From Octopus vulgaris (lineage: Eukaryota), in the NCBI GenBank assembly GCA_951406725.2, contig OX597815.1, positions 126,170,001 to 126,234,000 of the forward strand: a stretch of 64,000 bases of DNA, in the 5' to 3' direction. The position numbers and the translations under genes were made by a program. The notes beneath the pieces are model-generated. The model saw only the letters and a list, made by a program, of their open reading frames with translations, was not told the origin of the DNA and did no database searches. Positions 38,778 through 52,679 of this stretch are shown in pieces. How positions within the stretch are numbered: position 1 is the first letter of the stretch; every line of letters starts with the position of its first letter.

Positions 38778-39579
38778 TGTAGCAGAATTTATTCTTCCCT
38801 TGGCTCATATCATGTCTGTTCTTGAGAAAGGAACGAACGTCACATAATCTCATTTTCAAACTTTTGGACATTTTATTTACTATACCGATATCAGAAACTG
38901 GTAACTGTCACATCAATTCCAAGTGTTTTATACAGTTGTGTTGAAGCAAAGAGCAAATCTAAAGAATTACATCGATATGGACATTAAACTGACTTTGATA
39001 GACATTCAAAGTAATATGATACTGTATTATTTTCAAGTATTTATTCTTTTCAATATCAATAGCATTAAAATTTTTATCGAATATTCATGAACTGGTCAAT
39101 GATAACATTATTGTATTTATTTGAATATTATTTGAATTTGAATAAATACTGTGATTTATAAAATAAATACAATAGCAATGCCGCCGGCGCCCCATAAAAT
39201 AGCTTTATGCAATAAACTATAAAAAAGCAATAAAAACCTGGACGCAATTCGTTCTTTGTTTAATAAATAACCGATACGACGACACCAAAATGCAATTTTT
39301 ATGTGTGTGTTACTGAAAATATGGGTTTTTGAAATCTTTTTAATTAGTCTTTAATGCTTTAATAGCTCCTTAGGCTTATTCATTCGGTGAACTAATTATA
39401 ATACTTTTGCTCTTGTTATTGTAGCCGAGACTCATGGTAACGCACTTGTGAATATTATCATTAGTTGTCACCATGCGTTAAATTTTCTATCCGTTAAGTT
39501 AGATTTCCTTCATCGGTGAGGAAATAGTTTGAACTATGTCTTATATTAAATTTATTACTAAGATATCCTATATGAGTGT

Positions 39580-39715
39580 ATTGGTTTCAAATTTTGGCAG
39601 AAAGCCAGCAAGTTCGCAGGGGATAGATCGATTACATCGATCCCAGTAATCATCTCCGAAAGAATGAAAGGCAAAGTCGACCTCGGGGAATTTGAACTCA
39701 GCACGAAATGCCTAC
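39580..39715 (-). mobile_element. Family A SINE fragment
   Basis: gaatgaaaggcaaagtcgacctcgg. Confidence 0.65.
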
Positions 39716-40007
39716 TCACCGCCTTTCTATATGTGTATATTGACTTTTGAATTTTAGTGTTGCATTGCATTCTGTAACAATGGAATTCAATGGCTTCTTG
39801 TACTTCTTAAACCGGTAAAGAAAACTCCCTCAATGTTGAAAATGTGTGTTGGGGGTGTTTCATTTGTGTTATCTGGATGTTTCAGTCGGCGAGTGAAACT
39901 AGTAGTTATTACAGATTTACCACTTCAGCACTAATAATATGAAATTTCATCGACGAAATTGAATCGCAACACAGCGTCGAATTACGAGCTAGTGATGTTT
40001 ATTTATA

Positions 40008-41283
40008 TATTAATATTTGTTCTTGATTCTGAATTGTGCATGTTTATCTTTAAATTCAGAGGCACATACCTCGGCTCAAACAAAACTTTATTAATAGAAA
40101 TAAACACCACCAGAATCAACACAATTTTGCCAACGCGAAACAAATTTATTTATGCCAGTAGCGTAAAAATTCTGCGCTCTGGTGGCGATGAAGTCGTTGA
40201 AGGCGTCTTTTGGCATCGTCTTGGTTTTTGAAGCATTTCTCACGCAGGAAGTTGTCGAGATGCTTGAAAAAATAGTAGTCGGCAGGCAAGTGGTCTGGTG
40301 AGTATGGCGGATGAGGCAGAGTTTCGTAGCCCAATTCGTTCAACTTCTGCAGGGCCAGTTGTGCGACTTGCGACCGAGCGTTGTCGTGGAGAAGAACTCG
40401 TCCTTTTCTATTGACCAATGCTGGCTGTTGTCGGAGTTTTTTATGCATTTCATCCATTTGCCGACAGTACTTCTCCGCCGTAATGGCTTCGCCTGGATCC
40501 AAAAAGCTGTGATGGATGAGACCGTCCGCAGACCACCAAACAGTAGCATGACCTTCTTTTGGTGCAATTTTGGCTTCAGGAAGTGTCGTGGAGCTTCATC
40601 AGCGTCCAACCATTGAGCTGAATGTCGCCGGTTGTCATAAAGAATCCACTTTTCATCGCAAGTCACAATCCGGTCGAAAAACGGATCGTTCTTGTAACGT
40701 AAAAGCCAACACTTCAAAACGGCATTTTTTGGTGGGGTGGGGGTGTCGTTCAATTCGTGCAGCACCCATTTCTCAAGAATCTTTGTTTTTCCAATCTCTT
40801 TCAAGTGGTTGGAAATTGTTGTATACGTTACATCTAATTCAGAAGCAATCTCTCGAACAGTTGTGCGTGGATTGATTCGACTAAGGCTCTTAGTTGATCG
40901 TTGAAGATGGCCAACCACTACACTTATCATCTTCAAAACTCTCGTCACCGCTACAAAATTTCTTGAACCACCATTGTGCTGTACGTTCATTAGTGGTTCC
41001 TGGGCCAAACCCATCGTTGATATCACGAGCTGTTTCAGCAGCTTTTCGGCCTTGTTTGAACTGGAATAAGAAAATTGTACGATTTTGCTTTTTGTCCATG
41101 TTGTAGTCAATGTTCCGGAAAAAATGACCTAATTATTAAAAAAAAAAAGAGTGGCACGATTAAATAGAGCGAAAAACGGGCTTTAAAATGATATATAAAA
41201 TCAAAGTAATTTAACGAAAATTAATTTGAAAATACATCATTTAAAACCAAACTCTAAAATTTCGCAAGAACTTTCTTGACAAC

Positions 41284-41288
<5 letters not shown>
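40008..41288 (-). mobile_element. mariner element (cecropia/Hsmar1-like), near full length, frameshifted
   Basis: [74 protein letters not shown]; right TIR tattaggttgtcaagaaagttc; left end degenerate. Confidence 0.92.
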
Positions 41289-41337
<49 letters not shown>

Positions 41338-41453
41338 AGAATAATAATATATTTATTTATGTTTGATTTATGATAATATGAGAATGTTATAAATTTGTTT
41401 TGATCAATTAGAGCGTTAATTCCTTATACCATTCAATCTCTCTCTCTCTCTCT

Positions 41454-41500
<47 letters not shown>

Positions 41501-42264
41501 CAGTAATTACTCTGGATAGGCAGTTGGCAAACTTTATATAGTAAAACATACTAAAATAAGCGAAACATAGACGCGCGACTGAGTTGAATGCAGATTTATT
41601 TCCGCCTTTATAACACGTAAAGAAAACGTTGTTGTAGAAATGTGCGCAGCACGTGTACTACAACAGTACTATGCATAGCTTAAATAAAGAGATTGAAAAG
41701 CAAGGGCGAATTATGCCTACTTAATCTACAAAAAAATAAAACATTTGGATTGTGCATATTTTACCATGAGAGGAAAATGTTGCTATCGATCTATCTTATT
41801 CAAGCTAGGCATTGTCTACCTTGCCTACCTAGGCGGCCCGTCCGTGATATACATATATATATATATATATGGATCAAAACAATTTTATTCAAATTCGTTC
41901 CTAGTCTTGAGTTTCAAGCGCGATGCTTGTCGTCAGCCATTTTGAATTTGAATGTGATTCAAATTAAGTAACACATGCTACTTAACTAGGATATTTTTTA
42001 TAACGCCTGAGACTGATGTAAGCGTTCCGAAAAATCATGTGGACGTTAAATGCTAAAATGCATCGAAATTCTATTATCGGTTGACAAAATTCTGTCTAGC
42101 ATTCGAAATTCCGAATTCGACTTGGTTAGCTACTAATGATGATGCACGATACTGTGAAATCGCGATACAGTAGTACCACCGCCAGTGAACAGACGGAATT
42201 TCGTCAACCGATAATAAAATTTCGATGCTATTTAGTATTTGTTGTCTACACGAGTTTAGCTTAG

Positions 42265-42745
42265 TCAGTCTGGCAGTCTCGATGATTTCACGCAAGCACA
42301 CCATCCATTGCGGTTCCCCCATGTATGTTCTTAATTCGTCAGTATTTGCCATTCTACTATCCAGAAACAAGTTGTCCAAATAGGCTGGACGTTGTTTTCC
42401 CCTGTTGATTCTTCTTTCAACTAACAGCCATAGAACCAGCTGACACACAGTTTCTTCTGGGTGCTTGACGCAGTTACTAGCAATTCTTATTCTTCTCTGC
42501 TGAATCTCCTCAGCCACTTTTGATAGATCTTGATAAAGCTGCTCGTTTGTTAAATGAACTCGTCATGTAATATTTAGAGCCATTCTTAACATTCCTGTGT
42601 AGCGACCGTTTATTTGATTTTCAATCATTTTGGTGAGGGTCCAAGTTTCTGCAGTGTAACAAAACTGAATCTACCACAGAAACAAACAGCTTAATTTTCA
42701 TTTAACGTGCCATCTCAGCACTCCAGAATTTTCGAGACGTTTACA
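42265..42745 (-). mobile_element. RTE-like LINE 3' remnant
   Basis: IQQRRIRIASNCVKHPEE..LVLW..RGKQRPAYLDNL. Confidence 0.7.
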
Positions 42746-42978
42746 GCAGTCTAAAGCGTTATAAATAATACAACTACTTTAGGTTGGGTGTGATAATTAA
42801 TATTCGTTACAATTAGTGTTTGAATGCTAATTAATGGATTCGATTCCCGGACCAAACAGAATAGCCTTCCGATCAGGTTGAATGTTGGCCTGCTCACCTA
42901 GCCAGCGGGGCAGCGTCATTCAAAAGCTAAAACTATGAGAACCGCATTGTGACCAGTGATACACACACACACACACAT

Positions 42979-43033
<55 letters not shown>

Positions 43034-43584
43034 TTTTGAAACAAAAGAAAAGAGTACTAAATACAAGGAGCAGTGTTTCTATTTATTTATTAGAAATCTG
43101 TTTCACTCAATTTCCACATAAATTTCCACGTAAAGTTCTCTCGAGCAAAATTTGGTGGCTGAATGAAGCTTACAGTTTATTATGCTTGTGGCTCCTTAAC
43201 TAGGCAGATCCTAATGGGTCAAGTCTGATGACATGGTTAAATATGAAAGATACGAAATATGAATGCGTTCGACTCGTGATTATAAGGTCATGAATTTATT
43301 TAATTTCTGTATCGAGCAGTGAATTGTATCCTTGAGGAAGGCTCTTCATTTTATGCTGATGCAGTACGTTCCATTTTATCGGCTTGCAAGTATATGGACA
43401 CATTAAATAACTTGCGAAGGTATGGTACATACTACAAAGCCATACTTTCTCGCGAATGACGACTGGCTACGTTTCTCTGTGTGTTTGTTTGTGTGTATAT
43501 GTGTGTGTACGTGTGCGCGCACGTGCAAGTGCATTTATGTGCTAACAATTTAAGTGTAGTGGTCGTTTGTAGGAATTGAAATAG

Positions 43585-44158
43585 CCTTTCTACTAGACGT
43601 CTGAAATTTTGGTGAGAGGGCCCTTGACGATTATATCGATCTCAGTGGTCAACTGGTACTTACCTCATCGACCTCGAAGAAGAGGAAAAGGAAAGATGAT
43701 TTTGGCGGAATGGGAACCAGAACATAAAGATAGACGAAATACCTATTTCTTTATTACCCACAAGGGGCTAAACACAGAGGGGACAAAGAAGGACAGACAT
43801 AGGTATTAAGTCGATTACATCGACCCCAGTGCGTAACTGGTACTTAATTTATCGACCCCGAAAGGATGAAAGGCAAAGTCGACCTCGGCGGAAATTGAAG
43901 TCAGAACGTAACGCAGACGAAATACCCTAAGGATTTCGTCCGGCGTGCAAAGGGTTCTTTTCTACTCTAGGCACAAGGCCCAAAATTTTAGGGGAGGGGG
44001 GCCAGTCAATTAGATCGACCCCAGTACGCAACAGGTACTTAATTCATCGACCCCGAAAGGATAAAAGGCAAAGTCGACCTCGGCGGAAATTGAAGTCAGA
44101 ACGTAAAGACAGACGAAATACCGCTAAGCATTTCGCTCGGCGTACCAGCTCACCACCT
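43585..44158 (-). mobile_element. Three tandem family A SINEs
   Basis: Repeated cores with alternating tails. Confidence 0.85.
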
Positions 44159-44534
44159 TGTCGGAATTGCAAAATGGGAATTAACTTGAGCATTTCCCTT
44201 CGATTTGGCAATATGTATGCCTGTGAAAAATAGATTTAGAATAAACTTAAATGTAATACTGTACAATGGTTATGTTCTTCCAAAGAAATAAGCAATAATA
44301 TTTTTTGTTGTTATAATTTAAAACTAAATCACGAATATTAAATATCTGTTGATAATATAGCATTTTCCAACCTTCTATATTTTTCTAACCAATTTTGGCT
44401 GTTGTTAGCTTAATTGAATATCTTTGATATAGCTTCTAAATTTATATCATACAGTGAATTGCATCATCAGTTTGCTGCAAAATTTCACACTTTTTAATAC
44501 ACTGTTTTTCTTTAAGGCGATATATACACACAAG

Positions 44535-44950
44535 AAGGCAGCGAGCTGGCAGAAACGTTAGCACGCCGGGAGAAATGCTTAGCAGTATTTCGCCCGTCGC
44601 CACGTTCTGAGTTCAAATTCTGCCGAGGTCGACTTTGCTTTTCATCCTTTCGGAGTCGATTAAATAAGTACCAGTTAATCGACTTAATCCGTTTGTCTGC
44701 CCTTGTTTGTTCCCTCTGTGTTTAGCCCCTTGTGGGTAGTAAAGAAATAAGAAACGTTTGCACGCCGGGCGAATTGCTTAGCGGTAATTCGTCTGTCTTT
44801 ACGTTCTGAGTTCAAATTCCGCCGAGGTCGACTTTGCCTTTCATCCTTTCGTGGTCGATATATTAAGTACCAGTTGCGTACTGGGGTCGATCTAATCGAC
44901 TGCCCCACCCAACAATAAATTCGGGCATTGTGCCTAGAGTAGGAAAGGAT
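44535..44950 (+). mobile_element. Two tandem family A SINEs
   Basis: Repeated cores; opposite orientation to 43585-44158. Confidence 0.88.
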
Positions 44951-45675
44951 TTATACACACAGAAGTTTTAACCAGAGGTTTCGTGAGAAAGAAGAGACTA
45001 TGGAATTCTTATGCTACGTTCCTAACAAACACATTTGACTGCTGACAATTCCACTTCCTGATATTTTTAATAAGTACTGTGCAATGTTCTGGCTCACCGC
45101 TTTAAGCAGCGAGAAAGGAAAATATTAGCGAAATGGTGATTATTGAGTTAGTCGGCTGTGTTCAATATATTTTTGTGCGTGGGTGAGAATGTGCTCGTGA
45201 TGTATGTATGCATGCATACACATACATACATACATACATACATACATACATACATACATACATACATACATACATACATACAAACAAACATACGCACATA
45301 CACACACACACATACAGAAGATGAGAGTAAAAGTAGGTATACAATTGCTTAATATGAGAGGCACGTTCTTTCATTTCTCTGTTCCTCTCTTAGGAGAAGA
45401 ATACTACTCATATCAAGCAAATGAATACCTCTTTTGCCCAGCTTTGTATGTGTGTGTATTTGTGTGTGTGTGGGGGTATATGGGGTTGGTGTTGTATATA
45501 TCCTTTATCCTTTATTTTTTACTAGTTTCGTTCCTTAGACTGCGGCCATACTCTGACACGCCTTGAAGAATTTTATTCAGTTCTGATATATCTGGGACAA
45601 ATTCCTATCTCAAGGCGGTGCTCCAGCATGGTCGCAGTCAAATGACTGAAACAAGTAAAAATACACATAAGCACA

Positions 45676-45739
<64 letters not shown>

Positions 45740-45806
45740 AACACACATATACATATATCTATGCAAGGATGACACGCAAATTCGTGAAGCGTTTCATAGT
45801 TTTCAT

Positions 45807-45968
45807 TGGCGCAGGAGTGGTTGTATGGTAAGTAGCTTGCTTACCAACCACATGGTTCCAGGTTCAGTCCCAGTGCGTGGAACTTTGGGCAAGTGTCTTC
45901 TGCTAAAGCCGCGGGCCAACAAAAGCCTCTGAGTAGATTTGGCAGACGGAAACTGAAAGAAACCAATC

Positions 45969-46058
<90 letters not shown>

Positions 46059-46255
46059 CTGTGTTTGTCCCCCAGCGATCGCTTGACAACCAATGTTGGT
46101 GTGTTTACATACTGGTAACTTAGTGGTTCGGCCAGAGACTGATAGAGTAAGTACTACTAGACTTACAAAGAATAAGTCCTATGGTCGATTTGTTCGACTA
46201 AAGGCGGTGATCCAGCATGGCCGCAGTTAAATTTCTGAAACAAATAAAAAATAAA
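45807..46255 (+). mobile_element. Family B SINE, intact
   Basis: ggcgcaggagtggttgtatggtaagtagcttgcttacc head, central (TA)(TG), tail. Confidence 0.88.
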
Positions 46256-46334
46256 AGAAATCCATTCATGCATTCATACATGTATAAATATATATATATA
46301 TACATAAATAAGCAGACACAATCGCACACACTCA

Positions 46335-46377
<43 letters not shown>

Positions 46378-46568
46378 GAATATCCGATATTACTACCGGT
46401 ATAATTTAGCATTGTTAAACTTGGGCATGGATATGCAAACATTCTATGCTCATAGGATTCAGGCAATAACAGAATAAACAAGAGTTTATCAGGAATCAAT
46501 TTAAAATAAGCAGAAAATGCAGAAATACTTATTTTAAATTTGATCAAAATGTTCCTCCATTTCCTGCT

Positions 46569-46633
<65 letters not shown>

Positions 46634-47039
46634 TTTGTGTGTGTGTGTGTGTGTCTGTGTGTCTGTGTGTGTGTGTCTGTGTGTGTGTATGTGTGTCTGT
46701 GTGTGTGAGCGTGTGTGTGTGTGTATTATCTTTTACTTATTTCAACCATATTAGACTATAGCTATGCTGAGGCATTGCCTTGAACGGTTTTAGTCGAACA
46801 AATCGACCTCAGAACTTGTGTTTATAAGCTAGGTTTTTCATCTATGCGTCTCTTTTTTGCCGAACTGCTAAGTTACGAGATGTGAGCAGACCAATACTGT
46901 TTGCCAAGCGGTGGCGAAATACAAAGACAAAGCAAAGACACACACACATAGATATATACATAGATGTACACATACATTTACATGCATATATACATATACA
47001 TGTATATATATACATATACATGTATATATATGTATATAT

Positions 47040-47117
<78 letters not shown>

Positions 47118-47122
<5 letters not shown>

Positions 47123-47338
47123 TAATCCAAACATGAAAACAAAAAGAGAAAACACAACAACGCGAGGACGTGGAACAAGTATAGTATTATTCGACGCTCA
47201 GGAAAGGAAAGAAAGAAGGAGTATTTAACGTTTTGAGCGGAGCTCTTCGTCAGAAACATAGGAAAACGAAAGATCCAAGGAAGGGAAGACGGAGGAAAAA
47301 AATCGCCAACGGTACACACGCGGTCACATTTTGAGTGT
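47118..47338 (-). mobile_element. Penelope-like terminal fragment in (TA)n with hammerhead motif
   Basis: Minus strand CTGACGA-a-gagc-tcc-gctc-AAAAcgtt..agcgTC. Confidence 0.55.
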
Positions 47339-47340
47339 AT

Positions 47341-47399
<59 letters not shown>

Positions 47400-47556
47400 T
47401 GCACTCACGTAAATGTATACGGCGGGCTTCTTTTCGGTTTCTGTCTATCAAATCCACTCATAAGGATCTGGTCGACCTGGTGCTATAGTAGACGACACTT
47501 GCCCAAAGTGCCTTCAGTAGGACTCAACCTGGAACAATGTGGAAGAAAGCAAACTA

Positions 47557-49110
47557 TCATTCTTCCCTTCCTTCTCCTTCCGGACGCCCAGTCAAATATC
47601 TAGCCGCCTGCAGAGCAGACCGCGTTGACAGGCGGGAGTTCAGAAAGAAGAAGGCGAAGTAACTTTTATTCAATGTTTGTGTCACGCAGTGTCACAATTT
47701 ATAACACCCGTTCTCGGTCGCCCAAGCCGCCCAAGTATTCATCGACACCCCCACCCCCTGAGATAAAGGAGGATAAAATCCTCTTCCTCTCCGGGGGGGG
47801 GGAGGGGTCTCTGTCTGCTCTGTCAGTGGCACAACTTCCACTGTCTCCCCCGCCACCTTACTTTCCTGTGCCGGGGCCATGTTACGGCTCCGGGGGCAAT
47901 CCTTCTTAATGTGGCCTCGCTCCAGGAACGAGTGACACTCGTGAGTGGGGGATGACCCTCAAGTATCACTGGATACCTGCAGCCAGCCATTTTTAGGAAG
48001 TCCGGGAATACCATTTCGCCTGCGGCCGAAGGTGAAAATTGCTTTTGATCCCTCCCAGTCGACCGCTGGCGTCCTTCTCACATTTAAGAGCCTGGGCCCG
48101 CTATCCCACAAGCCTTGCCGGATGGTATCACCAATCCATCCTGCTTCTGTGCCCGGGGGTAATCCACATACCCAGGATTTTATCACCTTCCTCCCACAAT
48201 AAGTGGGGAGGAACAAAATTTCTTGCCCCTTAAGGGGCTCGCTGGCAATTGTGCCAGCTTCCTCGAGGGTAGCAAACAGTAACCAGACCGTTGCAAATTT
48301 GGTCCCCCGTGAAATAAATTTTATAGTTGGCAGGTTGTCTGCCAACTCTTTCTCTATCGCAATCTTGTCGAAGAGGGCGATAGCACCTCGCGACCTAGAA
48401 TAGGTCCGTAGTACCACCGTCCTCTTCTCAAGATCTTTAATCCACTGTTTGAGAGGGACCACCTTCCCCTCCAAAGCAGCGGCACCGTTTATTTTTGCCA
48501 TGTGCAAAAAAAGTCTTAAAAGTTAAAAGAAAATTTCAAATGTCTAAGAAAAAGTCAAAAAAATGTACACAAAAAGTTAACAAAAACAGTAAAAAAAAAC
48601 AATGAAAGTCCAATAAATAAACAGTTCAAAACGAAAGAAAAAATCAGGAAAGATAGACGGAAAAAAGAAGAACAATTCACACAGCAAAAATTCAATTTCC
48701 TGGCCAAATGTGGATATGGTCCTTGGTATGATTCTTTTTTTTCCGGTAATTGGTAAAATAAATCCAATAAATCCAAACACAACACTGGCTACAGCAATCG
48801 GTAACTGCAACAGTAACTGTAATAGGTTCTAATCATTCGGGCGAGGATATGCACCCCCCCTTTTTTTTTCACAATAAATTCACAATATACAGAAACAGCA
48901 GCCGCCGAGAGCAGCCGAAATTGTCCCAGAGCTGGGCGAAATTTATTAACAAAATATTACAATATAATAAATTACGCTCAGCTCAGATAAATCAAAATCA
49001 CCTACCTCGAAGATCTCTGTTTTTGTTCTTTTTTCTTGTAATTGGACGGAGCTAACAAGCCTACGTCCACTCTGGTTCAGGTTGAAGAAGTTGACTAACT
49101 GCCTATGTGC
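47557..49110 (-). mobile_element. Second ORF1(gag)-only retroelement, divergent homologue of 9130-11394
   Basis: RTVVLRTYS..LPTIKFISRG..ATVWLLF..ILFLPTYCG..WVCGL..DFLKMAGCRYPVILEG..CHSFLERGHIKKDC; degenerate TSD gaaagcaaacta / ggaagcaagctt. Confidence 0.72.
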
Positions 49111-49184
49111 GGAAGCAAGCTTCTTACCACACACATACATCCGCGCGCCCGCATGCACGCATGCACGCACATACATACATACAT

Positions 49185-49317
49185 TATTATGGCTGCCCCC
49201 TCGTTATCGAGTATGGCCATTGCACGAAGCTTAACTGTTACTGGTGCTGTGATCGAATGTGACTTTTTAGCCCAGCCAAAGATCTACAATGTCTTGCACA
49301 GAATTGGCAACTAAAAC

Positions 49318-49318
<1 letters not shown>
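49185..49318 (-). mobile_element. RTE/BovB-like 3' end fragment
   Basis: FSCQFCARHCRSLAGLKSHIRSQHQ* C2H2-like terminus, then a short UTR. Confidence 0.6.
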
Positions 49319-49348
<30 letters not shown>

Positions 49349-49362
49349 CATACATACATACG

Positions 49363-49420
<58 letters not shown>

Positions 49421-50229
49421 AAGAAAGAAAGAAAGAAAGATAGAAAGATGCCAATCAGCAGGAAGAAGTCGATGTGAGAGCATTGCAGTTAATTTTCTTT
49501 CGAATTTCTTTAGGAAGAATATAAAATGTTTCAAAATTTTAATTACAGGTCCCCACAAATCTATATTTTCCCTTACATAACAGTTAAACTAATGTTTGCA
49601 TAGACTATTCTAAGCATGTTTTGTTTTACTCATTTATTTTCCACTCATCTCTTGATGTGCTACAGTGATAATGTTATCAGTTATAAACACTAAAACAATT
49701 GCCTCTAAACTATTTGTTATTTCAATCCGCAAAGATTACATATCAATTTAATCAGTCCTGCTAAGCATGCCAAGCAAACGTTCTTTATTTTATCGACTAT
49801 CTAAGATGAAGCTTTAAAGGAAACCGTTGCATTGATTATTCTGTATCTATTGAGAGGACGTTCATCTTTTAATACAATCTTTCGAAGATTAATGTTTATC
49901 GCGTCGCACGAAATTGTATTGTAAATTTCATCCTATTGTAATAGTTTATAAGGTGGACAGCATGTTGTTGTTATTGTTGATATTATAGTTGTTATCTTGT
50001 AATCCAAGGTCATTCTTGTCAAGTCATCCTGAGTAGATGAACGAGGCATGTCACAAAGATTCCATTTCTGTAGTTATACTAAACCAACATCTAGCAGAAA
50101 ATTATCCTAGACACTGCAGTGATTCAACATAAAGGTTGCGGTGTGACTGCCTGGTCATGCCGAAATTTCTCCACTATTCAGCCTATTTCTTTAAGACCGC
50201 AGATTTTAGTGGTGAACTTAGTGCAGGCA

Positions 50230-50790
50230 ACAAAATAAACGCAGTCAAAATAACTCATGCAGTTCTTAACATATATTATTGTTGGTACGAATCCCACCAC
50301 AGTACTTGGAGCTAGCGATGCTATTGTTCTTGCAGCTACTTCTTTAAGTGCATTTATTTTTATGTATGTCTGAACTTCGTAGGTATTATAGTGTTTTTAT
50401 GGCGTATTGTTCTTGTGTTAGTGTTCTGGGGTGTTGTACATGACTCTGCGGTAGTTGTTTGTGAATAGCTTTTCATGTAATGACATAGACTATGGAAATT
50501 GACTGTTGCTACATGTACCCTTTGGATGTTCAGTATATCTTTAATATTGTAGCATTTTTGTTTCGTTTTGTAGATGGTTGCATTCTTTGGAAAATCTGTG
50601 ATCGTACATAGAGTGCTGGGTAATTTCATTTCGTTGTCAGAGTTCGTTCTGTTGACAAATTTGGTAAAACTATGAACTATGTGACTTACATAGAATTATA
50701 CTCTGCACATTATTATTTGAAAGCATATCGAAATTGACTTCGCTTCCCTTCTTATTCACATCTATTTCAAGTCTATGCAATAATTACCTG
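50230..50790 (-). mobile_element. Possible highly degraded LINE remnant
   Basis: Thr/Asn/His-rich reading resembling LINE ORF2 C-termini; no diagnostic motif. Confidence 0.25.
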
Positions 50791-51889
50791 TCATTATATA
50801 ACATTTGATTTATTGGTCTATATTCTTCTGCTACAATAATTGGTCTTGTGCCCAGTTGACAGAAGCCGATTGAATTGTAAATCAATTATCCATTGCTTTT
50901 ACTATAATCATGTAATCGAGCAGGTGTTATCGTTTCCCCACAATACTGGAGGATCTCCGTCGTTCGTTGGTGGGGATTCATTTGTTTGACCAACCGAATT
51001 ATCTGCCCTTGAATTAATCTGTAAGTAGCTAAGTGTTCCACTGACATATATACCGTTAGAGTTATTCTCAGCCAGAGTTAAACATGACAAAGACAAAGCT
51101 GCAGCCTTTTTAAATTACAGGTAAAATCCACCCGATGGGGTTCTATACAGTTTCCGTCGACCCAGTTTCAGTCACAAAGAATGCGTCGACCCTAGGTTTC
51201 AGAAAATGACGTTTACCGAAGACGCTACGCAATGGGATCGAACCCTTGATCGAAACCTTGACTTCAGAGTTGTTCTGTCCTTACTGTTGGTATACTATTT
51301 ATTCACCGGTGATCATAAACTATATCTGCAGCAAACATTAACTCCGTGGAGATTTGAAAAGATCGAGACTTTTAGGAATTCCCGAAGAAGAAGCAGATAG
51401 CCATCCTTAAAATTTTTAAATTCTGCAAATTATCAAGTGCAGCCATCTGGCCCTTCCCACGTTCCTTACTGCTCACTTGTATTTGCAGATTGTGTAATAG
51501 AGTACGGTAGAATACTTTACCTTTTTATTCTAAGAGGGGTTAGTGATTAAGTTGATGTTATTGTTTATAGGACAAACCTATAATTCTTGACGATCTTTTA
51601 TTCTATATCAAGGAGTTCATTGTCTAATGTATCTGTTTTGCTGTACTTTTTTTTTTACAAGATATGGTTCTGGAACAATTGGCTTCCATTTGTAGCGGGT
51701 CAAGTAAGAGCGTTGTGTAGGGATCACAGAGACCTCTTTGTCTCATAGAAGACATGAAATATTGTTAGACGTCATATAATTAGCTTTTTCTCTTACGACA
51801 AAGAAAAGAAAGAAAGAAAGAAAGAAAGAAAAGAGCAAGAAACCGTTAAAGGTGAAGAATTTGCACAGTTCCTAGAGTGCTAGTAATCC

Positions 51890-52420
51890 GTTTCAGTTTT
51901 TGGTGTTTCGGCTTCAAATCCTTCTGAAGCTGAAATATAAAATACCAATAAATAATAGTATGTGAATATTGGGTTGAAAAACTCTCTTAAATAGAAAAAC
52001 ATCGAAGGCTGTCCTTGGGACTCGAACCTGCATCTCTTATAACCATGAGAACGTGTGGGCTCGGGTTTTCTATCTAAAGAGGGTTTATAACCCAATATCT
52101 ACATGCCATTATTTATAGCTTTGAAAACTATAAATACGTTTTGGGTTTTGAGGACACGTTCTCCTAATAATGTCTCCCTCTTTCACTTCTACCAGTTCTG
52201 AGGTCTTTGTAACGGGTCATGAATATTGCCATTCCTTTTGATCTAGTGATAAAGATATAAAACATCACTAGACATGTTTTTGAGAAGTTGACATAAGCTT
52301 CACTTTTCCCTACCGTGATCCAAATCCATAATCCTCCGGAGTTGAATTTCTCTTTCTCTCTCTCGGAGTGCAAATGTTGTTTTCAGCTCTAGCATTTTTC
52401 TTTACAATTTTCTGTTAGAG
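51890..52420 (-). mobile_element. Possible Penelope-like remnant
   Basis: M*ILGYKPSLDRK resembles the GIY-YIG-end I..KPSLN motif; downstream cagaagg..ccgaaac. Confidence 0.3.
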
Positions 52421-52528
52421 ACTTTTGTATTGTTTTGTTTTTCCCCTCTGGTGTCAATGTAATGTGTGATATTTAATTACGCGACCGATGTAGTCGACTT
52501 GACTTTATGTTCATGTGCCAATGTCAAT

Positions 52529-52581
<53 letters not shown>

Positions 52582-52679
52582 GTGATGGGAATTTTATTAT
52601 CATCGCTGTTGCTATTCTTATTGTATTAGTGGATGGTTTGCCGCCCAAATATATGGAAACAAGTTCGTGTTAAAATCAT

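Larger units (their letters stand above)
46728..49132 (-). mobile_element. Family B SINE interrupted by a Penelope-like fragment and an ORF1-only retroelement
   Basis: Tail 46728-46945, body 47415-47556, head remnant 49111-49132. Confidence 0.75.

Noticed and set aside
49238-49318. Host C2H2 zinc-finger exon
   Set aside because: A single finger followed by a stop and a short tail matches the RTE/BovB ORF terminus.
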